Origin: Lingula anatina | Lineage: Eukaryota; Animalia; Brachiopoda | Direction: 5' to 3' | DNA length: 64,000 nt | Assembly: GCA_051362555.1 (NCBI GenBank) | Contig: CM120649.1 | Coordinates: 2,976,001 to 3,040,000, forward strand | Part shown: positions 1-13,208 of the stretch, piece by piece | Layout of the letters: each line of letters opens with the position of its first letter | How positions within the stretch are numbered: position 1 is the first letter of the stretch | Made by a program: the position numbers and the translations under genes | The notes under the pieces: model-generated | Seen by the model: the letters and a program-made list of their open reading frames with translations, nothing else | Told to the model about the DNA's origin: nothing | Databases searched by the model: none

Positions 1-304
1 TCTTATATGACTCAAATAAATTCGACATGCCAAGGAATAAACTGAATAGATCACTCGATCAGCCATAAAAGACCTTTAGACATGATCATTCCCCAAAGTT
101 TCATTTGTCTTAGTTGCTTTGTGTAAAAGTTAATTATGTCCTTTTTAATAATATGCTCCAAATGGCTGCATTCTCTATTTGTTGGCTATAGTCACTGGTA
201 ATCCAACAGACAAGCAGATGTATGTTTAAAGCTATATACCTCACTCCTTGTGGAGAGGGGGGAAGGGGCATAATAAATGGTCTTTGTATATGTTGTATAC
301 TCAC

Positions 305-909
305 TCTGGATCACGAGGCCGTTGAAAATCTCCACCTCTGCCGCGTGATCTTCTCCATTCTCTTTCTCTCCCACGCCCACCACCTTTGCCTCTTCCTCTC
401 TCTGCCTAGCAAAAAAGAAAATCATTCAAGTTGTATGAAATAATTCAATTTCAATCAGTCAATTAATGAACCATTATCCCCACTGGAATATTATTTGATA
501 GATGAAGAAAATTATATATACTGCATGTTACATTGTACAGACAGTTTTCATCTCTATATTTTTTGCTTGAAAATTCATAATAATGTTATCTATGGGTGCT
601 TTCCCAGAGATTTAGATCGATCTAAAGGTTAAGATTTAGATCGACCTAACTCCCTGGGGGTTCACGCTAAATTGCAGTCAGCCGAGCGGGCACCATAGTT
701 AATTACCCCCTTACAGCTTTTAGTAGGGGGGGACAGACACTTAAGCCGGCCAATCTGACAGTAATCTAGTGAGATTCCCCACAGGGATAGATTGATCTAA
801 AAATCTATGGAAATGGGGTGTATGTACTCAAAAGGATTCTAGGACATTCCCCCCCCCCCCCCCCCAAGGACAATTCCCCCCTTAGACAATCACCCCGCCT
901 ACAAAAAAA

Positions 910-965
<56 letters not shown>

Positions 966-2118
966 GTGTATAAAGTTCAAAACATTTCATCCATTTAATT
1001 TATATTTTTAGTGTAATAACACAACTTCATCATTAAACAAATTAATTTCTAATTTTTTATGGGTTGATTATATTTCATTCTTTAAAGTCAACACATCCTT
1101 TAGATTTTCAAATTTAAATGTCCTTTTTTAAACTTATATCATTAAGACCATTTTTAGATATAAATGCAAATGTTGTAAGACAAGCTAGATAGGCCTACTC
1201 ATACTTACCATATATGAATCAAAATCCAATTAATTTCAAGTGTGTTGTGAAGTAGTAAGACATAAAACAATACATAAGAAAGCAGATTATTCAGAAATAT
1301 ATACATGATCAATGCACAGATTATAGTTTAACAGCTATTGCTTCTGTTGTGACGGAATGGCTTCTCCAAAGCAATCCGTGACGTCAAACTTTCGTTTTTG
1401 ACTCTGGTTTTTCCAAGAGAGTCGTTTGCTATCTCCCCGTGAAAAAAATGCTAACACCATCTAAAGAGCACACCTTAGGCTTTGTTAGTCTTACACTCTA
1501 AGCACAACTAAGCACCTGACTTTTTTTAATAAAAGACAGCAAATCAAAACATCCGATTTTAATCAAGCGTGTTAGACGCGCTGTAACACTGTTCTTTCTT
1601 CTTCCGACTCGTCACGATATTTCGACCAACTCGGACTCGCCCTAGTCAACTTAACTCTGTTATACAGCAGCACAGGTGCACCTAGACTACGGGGTTTCTC
1701 TGAGGATTATTGCAATTGCATATTTAATTCTGTCATTTATCGCTGCCAATTAAGTTGAATCGGAATGATGGGACTGAGCTACCCAACCTCTACCTACCAC
1801 TCCTAAGGGAGGGGCAGGCAACGGGGGTCTGACCAAATAGCACACCTGAGGGGGTGACAGGTTGTCATACCTGTCACAACCTCATTCCCTGATGAAGTCT
1901 GACTGCAAGCAGATGAAATATATTGGATGGTAAGATCAGACAAATATATAAGAAGCTATAGACAAAAGAATCTTCACAAGTCTATTCTGTCATTTACCTT
2001 ACCTTAATTCAACTTGCCAGTAGGTTTTTAATTACTATCATTACTCATTCAGCTTCTCGGTCACTGTCAATCACAAGTTCACAATTAACCCATCGCCATG
2101 GCGATAATTACTTACCAT
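305..2118 (-). CDS. 5' end of an unidentified gene encoding an RG/RGG-rich N-terminus (continues beyond left edge)
   Basis: Exon 405-305 has a polypyrimidine-TAG acceptor and GTGAGT donor; a candidate first exon ends ATG|GTAAGT at 2118-2116. Joined in phase 0 they give MAERGRGKGGGRGREREWRRSRGRGGDFQRPRDP. The first-exon assignment is tentative (another ATG|GTAAGT lies near 1209). Confidence 0.45.
594..820. mobile_element. PIF/Harbinger-like MITE (family A), about 227 bp
   Basis: Imperfect TIRs (TTTCCCAGAGATTTAGATCGATCTA / TAGATTGATCTAAAAATCTATGGAAA), 3-bp flanks TAT/TAT; internal sequence (GACCTAACTCCCTGGGGGTTCACGCTAAA) recurs at 56352-56597, 58018-58232 and 58236-58450. Confidence 0.75.
913..961. 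repeat. (TA)n microsatellite
   Basis: Direct reading. Confidence 0.95.
1345..1619 (+). mobile_element. Candidate solo LTR (about 275 bp)
   Basis: Termini TGTTGTGACG ... CGTCACGATA (decayed TG..CA inverted termini), near-identical 4-bp flanks CTTC/TTTC, internal AATAAA near 1528. Confidence 0.4.
1884..1929 (+). ncRNA. Minimal type I hammerhead ribozyme motif, Penelope-like-element type
   Basis: TTCC-CTGATGA-A-GTCTG(actgcaag)CAGAT-GAAA-TATATT-GGA: catalytic core boxes CUGAUGA and GAAA, 5-bp stem II, short palindromic stem III, short stem I (UCC/GGA); preceded by a hairpin GTGACAGGT...ACCTGTCAC (about 1848-1883). Confidence 0.6.
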
Positions 2119-2535
2119 TCTCCGTTAAGAACTCTCTCCGTCTAATTGTCTGTTCGACGTTTCTCTTGCTAACTAACGGCGAAAGGTGTGTTGCTCAAAC
2201 AGCGCAGGTTTCGCTCTAAGTACCAGGAAGTATTTTGTCAGCCGAGACTAAAAATTCCGCCACGCTAAAATTAAACACTTCTGCGCAGCCGCATCTTAGT
2301 TGGTATTTTTGGGTTTCGATTCCATCAAAGAGAACTTTACAAATAAAATGTAAAAATAACGCCACTATATACAAAAATAACAGTAACAAGACTAAAATGC
2401 TTCATTTTCCTGAAATTATTCGGTTACGGAATGTAACTACATTTTGCATCTTTTTTTCACCCGGGCAGAGACGATCGAGAGGTTATAATTCAAATGTTAA
2501 ACGTAGGGAATAGAGTGTTATAGCTTATAGACTTA

Positions 2536-2792
2536 GGCTTCGTTCACATGCAATGTCTATTTTCTAAATTCTATTTTCTATTTGCGGTATGTCTTATGAT
2601 CACGGTCTGTGCACTGAATATCCCGCCGCGTAATTACTGGCAGCGCGAGCCAGTTACTATAAGTTACTATAAGTAACTGGCTCGCGCTGCCAGTAATTAC
2701 GCGGCGGGATATTCAGTGCACAGACCGTGATCATAAGATAGCGCGAATAGAAAATAGAATTTAGAAAATAGACATTGCATGTGAACGAAGCC
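2536..2792. mobile_element. Foldback MITE: near-perfect ~260-bp palindrome
   Basis: Arms GGCTTCGTTCACATGCAATGTCTATTTTCTAAATT... and its reverse complement pair over about 120 bp with a short central spacer; TA/TTA-TAA flanks. Confidence 0.85.
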
Positions 2793-3558
2793 TAAGTTAG
2801 CCTACCTTGGCATTTAAAATATAGAATAATCATTTATCCTATATTATAGCCAGCTAGATGCACAGTCGTCATTTGGATGGCCTGAACGAGGAAAGGACAG
2901 ACTATCTTAGTCTTACATAAAATCTTCAGTATATATACCCCCCCCCCCCCAAAAAAAAAAATAATAATAATAAATAAATAAATAAAATAAATTAAATAAA
3001 ATAAATAAATAAATAAAAAGGATGGGGAAGGAAGAGAATGGAAGAAAGGTATCGACACTGTGTTTGAAGCCCGAAGTTAAAATGTCAGTCCTACATATAT
3101 GTACATACATCTGGTCTTTGCATTTAATTCAATCTGAACTGCACAAAGACTTAATTCAGGTCAAAATAAAATTGAAGAAAAGTACAGAAAATACTGGATC
3201 CTGCATGATGAAATTCCAACTACATGATTTCTATCTTCATCAAATGTTGATGAATGTGAAAGAACACTGACCCTTGATGCAAAGAGGGTTTGGAGTAATA
3301 AAAATGCAATAAAAAGTTATAATAGTGCTGTCATCTAAGAATTACAAAACATTTATTCAACATTATATGCGTGGCACCAATTACAATGAGAGCAATGATT
3401 CTACAGTTTACAAACAGTGCCCGGTATACGAACTCCAATTTTGCTACTAAAAACTAAGATTATAAGAGAGGTGTCATCACCTCCGGGGTGGGTACCACCA
3501 GCTGGACTGCGTTGAAAACTAAAATCTGGTCTATGTTAATGCACCAGGCAGCTCCTAC

Positions 3559-3716
3559 GGGGGCGTCTCGATAGTCCGAAGGTTCATTGGTCCGAAAAGT
3601 GGTTACATTTTCATCGATTTTTTAATCAAGGGTTCATTGGTCCGAAGGTTCTATAGTGAACATTCGGACCAATGAACCTTCGGACTATTGAACCTTCGGA
3701 CTATCGCTACGGCCCC
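3559..3716. mobile_element. Non-autonomous DNA transposon with internally repetitive TIRs and 8-bp TSD
   Basis: Perfect TSD GCTCCTAC at 3551-3558 and 3717-3724; TIRs GGGGGCGTCTCGATAGTCCGAAGG / CCTTCGGACTATCGCTACGGCCCC; internal TCCGAAGGTTCA repeats. Confidence 0.85.
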
Positions 3717-6700
3717 GCTCCTACAATAGAAACTTGATGCAAATTATCAGCACTATTAAAACAAGTAAGATAATTTTATATAACAAATATATCCAGACAT
3801 ATACAGCAAGGTGTAACTTGACCTATAAAAATAACCTTTTACGTTAACAAAACAAAGTCTTTACAAAGTACCCATAATGCATGATATTCTGTAAGGCCAA
3901 CAAATTACAGATTACAAATATTATATTGTACAATTTTTAAAATAAGCTCATGTAAATCCTAGTGAATGCAGCTGTAAGACATAAATTGATTAACCAGTAA
4001 TTTATACAAATTTCTCTGTGTAACTGTATCTTTATGTTCCCCCTGTCAAAATTTAAATGCTCCTCTTAACTTCTTTAATATCAAAGAACACTTTATCAAT
4101 TTATTTACCTTGAGGTTGTAACTATTTAAAACAAATACGGTTTTAATTCTTAAATTGGATGTCAGCTGTGATACACATAGCGATACCCACAGTAAACCAC
4201 AGTTATAAGCTGTTGCTAAGGTAACCTTAAAACTTACAGCATGGATCAATTATCCTGGCAATTACTTTAATTCCAGATATACATCATATTTGTCAATATT
4301 TCAATTTTTTCAGGATTCACATTTAACGTATTCAACATGATATTTCTGATCTGAGCTCCACTTTGGACCAAGCTCAACTCCCTTTAATCTAAAAAAAAGA
4401 AAAAAAAAATCTGGGTATTTATAAAATCGAGTAAAATTTGAGGAAAATACAATAATTTAATTATGTTCTTATTTTGTAAGGCATGCTAGTTACAGTACTA
4501 TAATTTTAGACACATACTTGTACTGCAGCAAGACAGTCAAAGGAACTTAAGAGTCAACAGTTTGAGGCTTTAAATATTTCCATAGTTGGAGTCTCACAAC
4601 ACTGGGCATTTGCCACTTCTCTCAATAATAATGGAAACTAATACAAAGGGTAGGAAAGAAATATGGAGGGTGTTTCATCACTGGTGAAGTGGGGGTTTAG
4701 TTAAAACACAAGTGAGGTGGGGGTGGGGGGGGGTGGGGGGGGCAGGACAAGGATAAAAAGTGTCTGGGTAAAACAGCTGATGAGCACAACTTTACTTTTT
4801 ACTTTACTTTAATAATAAAAGAAGTACAGAGCCATAGAATATTTTCTTGGTTTGGTATCGCTTGAATCTTTATTTATTTATTATTTTTTTTAGGGGGGGG
4901 GGGGGGGAGGGGAAAGGGAAAAGGAGGAGGGATAGGAGTACCTGGGTATCTTTGATATTAAAGGAGGAACACATGCCCGTAGTAGCCACACCTGGATATG
5001 CCCTTGTTCACATAACTTTAAACTTTAACAGGAAACTTAAATTCTTTTTCAATTCTTTGTGACCAAGAAAGATATGACTGTGTGGTTCTTTAAAGAAATA
5101 AAGCATCAGTTAGTAAACATACTGAACTTAACAACACATGAGTTAAAGTGCAACACAGAACAAAAATCACACTTCACTATTTTCACATAAAATATGCATC
5201 TGAACAGACTAGTAATCGATATGTCATTAGCCAGCAGGGTCAATTTGAAATGCACGAGAGCATTGCACCAGAGGATATGGAAACAGCATGCCATTGCAAC
5301 TAGTGCATATAATTCTGTGTCGCAGCAGAAACTGGATCGACTGGGTTATTGTCACAAGGCTATGTCATGGTTAGTTTTACCATCAAGCCATCAACTGTAC
5401 TACCTTGGAAAGCATTTGAAGCTAAATGAGGCATTTTTTGTATCAGAATAAAAAACAGATTTATGAAAAATCATATCACTTAAATATGCCATGCTTAAAA
5501 CAATTAAACAGCAAAAGCTGTAAAAAGAATAAAATTTAAATGCCGCTTTTGCCTTCAATGAATTGTCACTACTACATTTTAGTTTGAAATTTGACTGCTC
5601 ATTTTGCTATGATAGACTTTTAATACACTACTTACAGATATTACATAAGTATACTAAACATTTACAGTTATTACAAAAGGAAGCATTAAGATATATTTTA
5701 CAACTGGAAGTTAGTGTTAAACCAAATCTTGTTTTTTTTCACATATGGAAAGCACCGATACAATTGCAGGATCATGTAAAATGTACAATTTGTAAGTAGA
5801 AGTGAAACCTGGTATTTCTTCCCGTCACTCATCAACCTTACTCCTTATTAAGTGAAAAAAAAGTTCTTTCAAAGTTGCCACAAAATCTTTTCAATCAAGT
5901 ATGTTCAGATTTCATTGACCCGTTTCACCATTTCACATGATCAATGCCTTTTGACAAACGACTGAAATGTCACGCTTTGTGGGTAAAAACCATATTCCAT
6001 TTGAAACCATGTACGTTTTCACACTCTTTACACAAAAGGCAATGAAATACAGATTACTGAATCTCGTGATCTTACCTACAAACTTTTAAATTAATATAGA
6101 ACTCCAGAATACACATGATCATAAATACAAAACAGGTGAAACATACATATTTAATGATACAGAGATTCTAAAAACCAGAATACATTTCCTAACCACAGCG
6201 ATATTTCATCACAAGTTAATATTAAATATTTACTTTTATGCAGGGATACACTGTGTGGCACACCTACATTCTTGAAATAACCCAACCAGCACTTACATAA
6301 AAATTAAAAATTGAATATAAAATAGTTTGATTAGATAAAGAACGACATAAAATCTAAAAATTAAAATATCCACAATATCTCGATCTAGCATTAAAGAGTA
6401 TACATGTATTTACAAATTGTTTTACAAGGTAATATATATAATTATCCCATTTTCAGATCATACAGTGGTCTTGAAATCCCCAATGTTTATTAGTCTCCCC
6501 GACTCCACCAATGCCATTATCATTCATTCACATCGAATGCGCGTCACATGCAGATAAAATTTATTGTAAGATTTAAATTAATAAGATAAAATGAAAATGT
6601 AGTTGTCTTGTTATTTAAACTGGCATAAGTTCATAATAATGGTAAAATTTCAAATAAAAATTAAAAATTAACCAATTGTTGCTTAAAATAAGAGGCAATA

Positions 6701-7179
6701 CAAGGAGTGATGCCCAAGAACAAAATTGATCACAATGATATCAAAACTCAGAGAAACTTAAAACTTGTGGATAAAAATAAGTTAAAATGTGTTATTTTGA
6801 AGACACATAGGTCTTGCGTTAAAATTTGAGACTTCCAAATAAAAATTGAATTTTGGGAACAAAAATCTGAGTTTTTCATAACATTCTCATGCTGTTAATA
6901 ATTAGTCATCTTTTAACTAAGAAAAAAGTGACATAATATTCTAGATTGGTTTTGCGTGGGTCCTACTGCAGATGATAAACTGATGAAATATCTGATGGAT
7001 GTTGATGCAAATTTGGCAAGTAAATGATTTCTTTAGTGTAGAGTTTCCTGGTACAACTGACATGTTTCCTCGAAATTGGACAAATACGTGTCATTTTCCA
7101 ACTTAGGTTTAAAACTAATTCTAGAAATATCATCTGAAATCGGGCAAGTATGTGAAAATTTCCAGACTTATGCAAACTG

Positions 7180-10100
7180 TTAGTCACAAACATACGAAAC
7201 AATATCGGAAATGTCCGAGAGACTGTCATCGTCTTCGCTCCCAATGTTGGTCTTGCTGTCTGGCCGAAGAATACTGTCCATCATAAATGAGTTTCCATTG
7301 GTTGGTTTATTGGCAGCTGGGATAGGGGGCGCCACAACTCCAGTCTGAGGCATAACAGTTGATGATGTGTGACCATTTATACAGAGTTTGTCAGATTTGT
7401 GAGAAATTTGCCTTTCATTCTGGATGTCATCCTCTTCATCTTGATCCTCTTCTTTTTCTTCTTCCGTTACTTCTTCACTTTCTTCTTCTTCTTCTTCCTC
7501 CTCCTCCCCCTCCTCTTCCTTCCATTCATCATCGTCTTTCACAAAGTTTTTCCTTCCTGTTTTCTTTGATTTGTTTCCTTCATCCTCTTCACTATCTGAA
7601 TCTAAAATCTTTTTGTAATTGACCTTGGCTTTGACTGCAGCTTGTCTTGGCCTGTGCCTCGGGACAGGGGAACTGTTATTTGGGTCATAATCGCTATCAT
7701 CCTCATACCGACTACTAGTCCGCCTTTTACGAGATTTTGCAGGAGGGCCCAAATTGTCCGAGTCCGAGTCCTCAAACCTGTTTTTACGTTTTCTGGGAAT
7801 CACTTCCTCCTCTTCCTCACTCGCTGAATAAATTATTCTTCGTCTCTTTTTTGACCTCTTTTTGGACTTTTTGTTTTTAGACCTTTGAGTTGACTTTTTC
7901 TTTCTTTTTCTCGCAGGCCCACTGTCATCAGAATATTCTTCAGAGTCACCATCGCGATAGTTGATCCGTTTTGAGGCAGCTCGCCTCGTGGGTCGACCCC
8001 AGTCATCATCACTGTCCTCCAAACTTTCTTCATCATCATCAACAACTGAAATTAAATAAAATACAATTTTTTTTATCAATAAGATTCTTCCTGATTCTAA
8101 GGGATTGTATTTGGCAGATTGACACATTTTCTACCCTTAGTGAGAATCGTTCACAGGTCTACCAACACCCAACGACCTGTGGGTATTCATGATGTGGGTA
8201 TTCATGATGTGGGTATTCATGATGTGGGTATGATGATGCTCTTGCAAAAAGAGTGAAGAGTAGCCGTTTCACAAAAATTTTTCTCCCAAGTAAGTGATTA
8301 CAATCACCAAAACATCAGTTAATATAATAAAAGCAGAAGAAAAAATCAAATTTCTTCATCCAAATTTAACAATATAAACAGAGACAAGTGATTAACATTT
8401 CTGATCACTTATATTTCTTGTCTTTCCCTTAAATATTCTCTAGTATTCAAAACATACTGCAATCCTCATTGTCCTTACCAAAATCATCATCAAATCTCGA
8501 CCGATATCCTCCACCTCTCCTGAAGCTCCGCCTGCCACCAAGTCTTCCACCACGTTTCTTCCCCGTTCTCCAGTCGTCACTGTCCTCTTCCTCTCCTTCT
8601 TCTTCCTCCTCCTCGGCCTCGGAGTAGTCGTCATCGCTGTGAAAAAAGAAACATTTTAGTGAACTTAAAAAAAAAACTTTGCTGGGCTCTGCATGTATAC
8701 AATAATGAAATAAGCCTTTTAAAAAAATACCAGGAAATCTGCATCCAGTTGAAATTGTGATCAAGAAGAACTATCTTGAGATTTAATCAAAATTTGGGGA
8801 AAAAAATATACCTGAAATCTACAACTTGTCCACAAACAAACCCAAAACACACAAAGGACAATGATAAAAAAACCTCCTTTGTTGGCAAAGGGTTAAAATG
8901 TGACCTTAATAAATTTGGCAAAAATCATTCCCCATTTTACTCAGTAGCTTTATTTATTTGCTGTAATGGAATTTACATAATTTTTTTCTTTCTTTTTCTT
9001 TTTTTTTTTTTTTTTTTGGCACAAAATATATGAACTCACTCAGTGGCTTGATACTCCTCACTGTCATCCTCTTCCTCACTATCAATATCCAAAGAATTCA
9101 GTCGGTGTTTTTTCTTCTTTTGCCTGCTCACTACTGGCGGCGGTCTCTCAGGTAATTCCTCTGCCTCTTCTCGACTGTTATCTTTTTCTACATTGTCTGT
9201 TTCTTTTACGTAGGACTCCTCGTCTTCTTGTGGCAGCCCTTCGATATTGGACATGTCTTTACCTCTACTACGACCTGGGAAGAAAGCAAAATGATACAAA
9301 GTAACAGTAACACTTTCCATTAACAAGAGCTAAAGTCAGTTATTTTCATTCCAGGACAGCATTCAGATTCACACATTGTACTAGCTGGGTCGGTCCAACT
9401 CTGAGGGGGATTCTCACTAAAGTGCAATCAGTGGAATCAGCTTGATTGATCTGACGCCTCCTCGAGCAGCTACAGATGGGGAATAATAAACTACCATGTA
9501 CAGATTAAGCCGATTCCACGAATTACACTTTAGAGAGAATCCTCCCATAGTTGAACTGACCTAGCTAGTACGACGTGAAAATCTGAATGCTCACTACGAT
9601 GCAACTATATCGCCTTTGAGACTCTGAAATAATGGTCTGTAAATAGCTCAGTAGTAGGCTGTTGTGTGAAGAAACTATTTTGTAATTTTGATTGTATAAT
9701 GCATCATCTCCAATAGACAAACTTCACATTTTTATGTCAGAAGAAACAATCATTCAATGTCTTCATTTGCCTTGTTTTATAAATTCCAATAAAAAACAAG
9801 GGAATTTATTGCCTTCAAAATGAAACCCAGGTCCTAATTCCCAAAACGTGCATAAGGTAGGCTTATGGTGCTCTAATGAAAACCACGGATTAAAAAATTT
9901 TGAAATTTGGAGAGTTTGTTGCATATTGAAACTAAGAATCTTTCTGTCCCGTACTACACTGACCATACAAGAATCAAACAGCACAACGTTTCAGTAGTAG
10001 TCCTTAAAATGATGAAATGCCACAGTAGCTGGGAGCTCTGGTATAACTTGGGACATCCCTTTACTGTACTACAAATGATCTTTTATTATACTTATATTTA

Positions 10101-12928
10101 TCTTATTTAGCACTTAATCCATACTGAATTTTTTATTTTCATTTTATTTCCAAAACAGCAAACTGACTTAATTGTGCAATATACTTATCTTCTATTCTGA
10201 AAATCAATGTCATATTGTAGATGTACTTACAATGACCATATAGTGAGAACTTGAACTGATAATTTACTTATATTGATTTATCACCACAAAAACATCACCC
10301 TTCAAAAGAGGGAAAAGTAAATAAATGACCTGAAACAACCCTTGAATATTTTTTACTGACAAATTATGGCTACAGTATAATAAAAACATTTTTTATATTT
10401 ATCCAACTGACAGTTTTCATATTTGTTAAGAAATGAATAATAAATATATTCAGTAATATGCTATGGGTAGTTTAAGTTTCAGGCTCCCATTTATTTACTT
10501 ATTATAACATTAATGGCAATCATCAAAGAAAGCCCACCCAAAGCCTTTAAATTAGTGTAAAATCCAGCAATATTTCATGGGTTTATGGGTCAACCTAATC
10601 ACTAAAAAGTTAACTTTATCTCAAGCAGTACCCAAGGCCTCATTTTAGGCTATCTCTGATGACTACCCATTTAAAAAATTCCCAGTCCACAAAAAGCCAT
10701 ATGGCCATTTCAAACTTAATTCTTGCATGCTAGTTTGTTTCACACCAAGCAATTTAGCAGTTTAATCAATAAAAAGATAAGAGGAGATACCTTGGCCAGT
10801 GTCTCCTGCTGTTTCTTCTACAAATATAAAACATTCAATACTATAACACCTTCAATGCATTCATACAACCACAATGCTGCCTACATTTAATTTGCAATTT
10901 CCAAAATGAACTATTGTTTTAATGATCAATTTTTTGTTCTTTTTTCAAAATTCAATTACCTTTTTTCAAGGAAAAAAATCTTTGTTGGGCTTCATCATAC
11001 CTGATGAAATATTCACTTAATTGCCAAAAATATTTTTCTTTGGAAGAACTTTGCCAAATTTACAAATTCAACAAGAATTTAAATTAAGTTATTCTTCAAT
11101 TTATCTTAATCAAATTATTTTTGAGTTATCAAAGACTTCATCTTCAAGGCTTCATGCCACTGCACAAATTACTGAAAAATTTACACAAACTCTTTGGCAG
11201 CAAACAACACAGCACTGAGGACACAGAGGGTGATTCTTTATGTTCAAATACTGTGTGGTTGTTCAGTTTTGTAGGGGAAGACTGGGGGGGGGGGGAGTAT
11301 GGCAGAGGGCCTATGGGGGAGTGGGATGTGAGGAAAAGAGAGTTTGAGAGAGCTGCTATGAAAGGGGAGAGCATGGAATAGTAAGGAAAAGGAAAGTTAA
11401 GTATGGCAGAAATCAGGTTAGTACAAACCAGGAGGTGGAGGCTCCTTCACGTCATCTTGTACTGCATCAAGTATGATCTTGTCAAACTCTTCAAATTTAT
11501 AGTTGATGTCTTTTCTCGTCCTGCGAGATCTTGCTTTCACCATGTAGTCATCTTCCTCCTCTTCTTCTTCTTCGTCATCTTCCTCCTCTTCCTCATCATC
11601 ATTATCGTCTTCACCTTGGGAGGACGTTGACTCAGTTTCCGACCATTTTCTTTTAGGTCTTGGTCTACTGGTCTGAAGTTTTAAACAAAAGATTATTCAA
11701 TAAATCACCTTCAATTACCATGACTGAATTCATCAGTAAGGTTCATCTTTGAATTTTTTTGAGAAAAAAAAAAAAAAAAAACAGGAATCAAGCACATTTT
11801 TTCTTAAAACCTAATGACTGTTTTTTTTTATCAAAAGAATGAATTTGTTTTATACATTTGCATACAAACAATATAATAATTATGCACATATATTTGAAAC
11901 TTGAGTTTTGAGTATGCAATTTTTTACATGAATTAACTTCATACTTATTAAAACATATTTTAGATTATACATTAAACAATTTTCAGAAATTTTTCATAAA
12001 TATTCTTTTATCATCTTACATTTTCATAGAGTATATTATCCAGACTAATCCCCACAAAGGCCAGTCTTTCTTTCCTCTTCACCAGCCGGTCCTGCTGTTT
12101 CTCCGCCTTCTCATACTCTTTTAAATAACCCTGCAGCTTCTCAATCAACTTTTTCTGGGAAAAAAATTGGAAAGATATTTGAGAGGAGAAAATATGTTAA
12201 TAAATTGGAGATACTTACTTACTTACCTTTTGCCGCGGATGCAGGGAGAATTATTTTCTCTAGATATTTACATATATTTCTAGGGCTTTTCACAAGATGT
12301 TGACATATCTGTGCTGTGGATAATTTTGCACAATAATATATTTTATAATAATAATATATTTCTATTTATAATAAATAAATAAATATAACTACTTTATTGC
12401 CCCACCTCCCTCTAGTAGAGAGTAAGAGATATTCAGATTGCACGAATTAAATGTATGACTATTGGACTAATAACCTTGTATTCTGTACTCTTATCACAAT
12501 CAAAACCATGAGTTGTCGCCTCAGAACATTGTCTAACAATTGGGACTAAAATAATATATATATATACTTACATGTTCACAGGAAGGACAGAACCAGTCAC
12601 CTTCTGGTATAACAAGAAGTGGAGGTCTCAGGCAGGCTGTGTGATAGCCATATATCAATATAATATACTTACATGTTCACAAGAAGGACAGAACCAGTCA
12701 CCTTCTGGTATAACAAGAAGTGGAGGTCTCAGGCAGGCTGTATGATAGCCAGCATCACAACTGTCACAGAGCAGGATCTGGAAAGACATGGTATTCGGTA
12801 TGGGTAATGCTGTTTTTTTCTTTCTCTCTCTCTTCATGTGCTCATCTCCAACCCTATCTTCTCAAACTGCACACACACCTCCCTCTCTCTCTCCAAGCCC
12901 ATCCTCATTCTCTCTCTCTTTCAGACCC

Positions 12929-12983
<55 letters not shown>

Positions 12984-13172
12984 ACCCCTACTCTCCATCT
13001 CTCCCCCAACATACACACACCTGTCCTTCTCACTACATACTTCTATAACTGACACTCCCTTGCTTTCTCTAAGACTCTCTCCCTCTCTCTCCCCCCTCTC
13101 TAACTCTCTCTGAGACTCTCCCCCCCCCCCCCCCCTCATTCTCTCTCTCCCTCCCTTCCTCTCTCTCTCTCT

Positions 13173-13208
<36 letters not shown>

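Noticed and set aside
243-250. Possible 7-nt microexon (CCACAAG|GAGTGAG|GTATAT) on the minus strand
   Set aside because: Weak splice sites, upstream intron only about 55 nt, cannot be tested without downstream exons.
836-900. GGACAATTCCCCC-type repeats as a Mutator-like TIR
   Set aside because: No matching opposite terminus or TSD found; at most a fragment.
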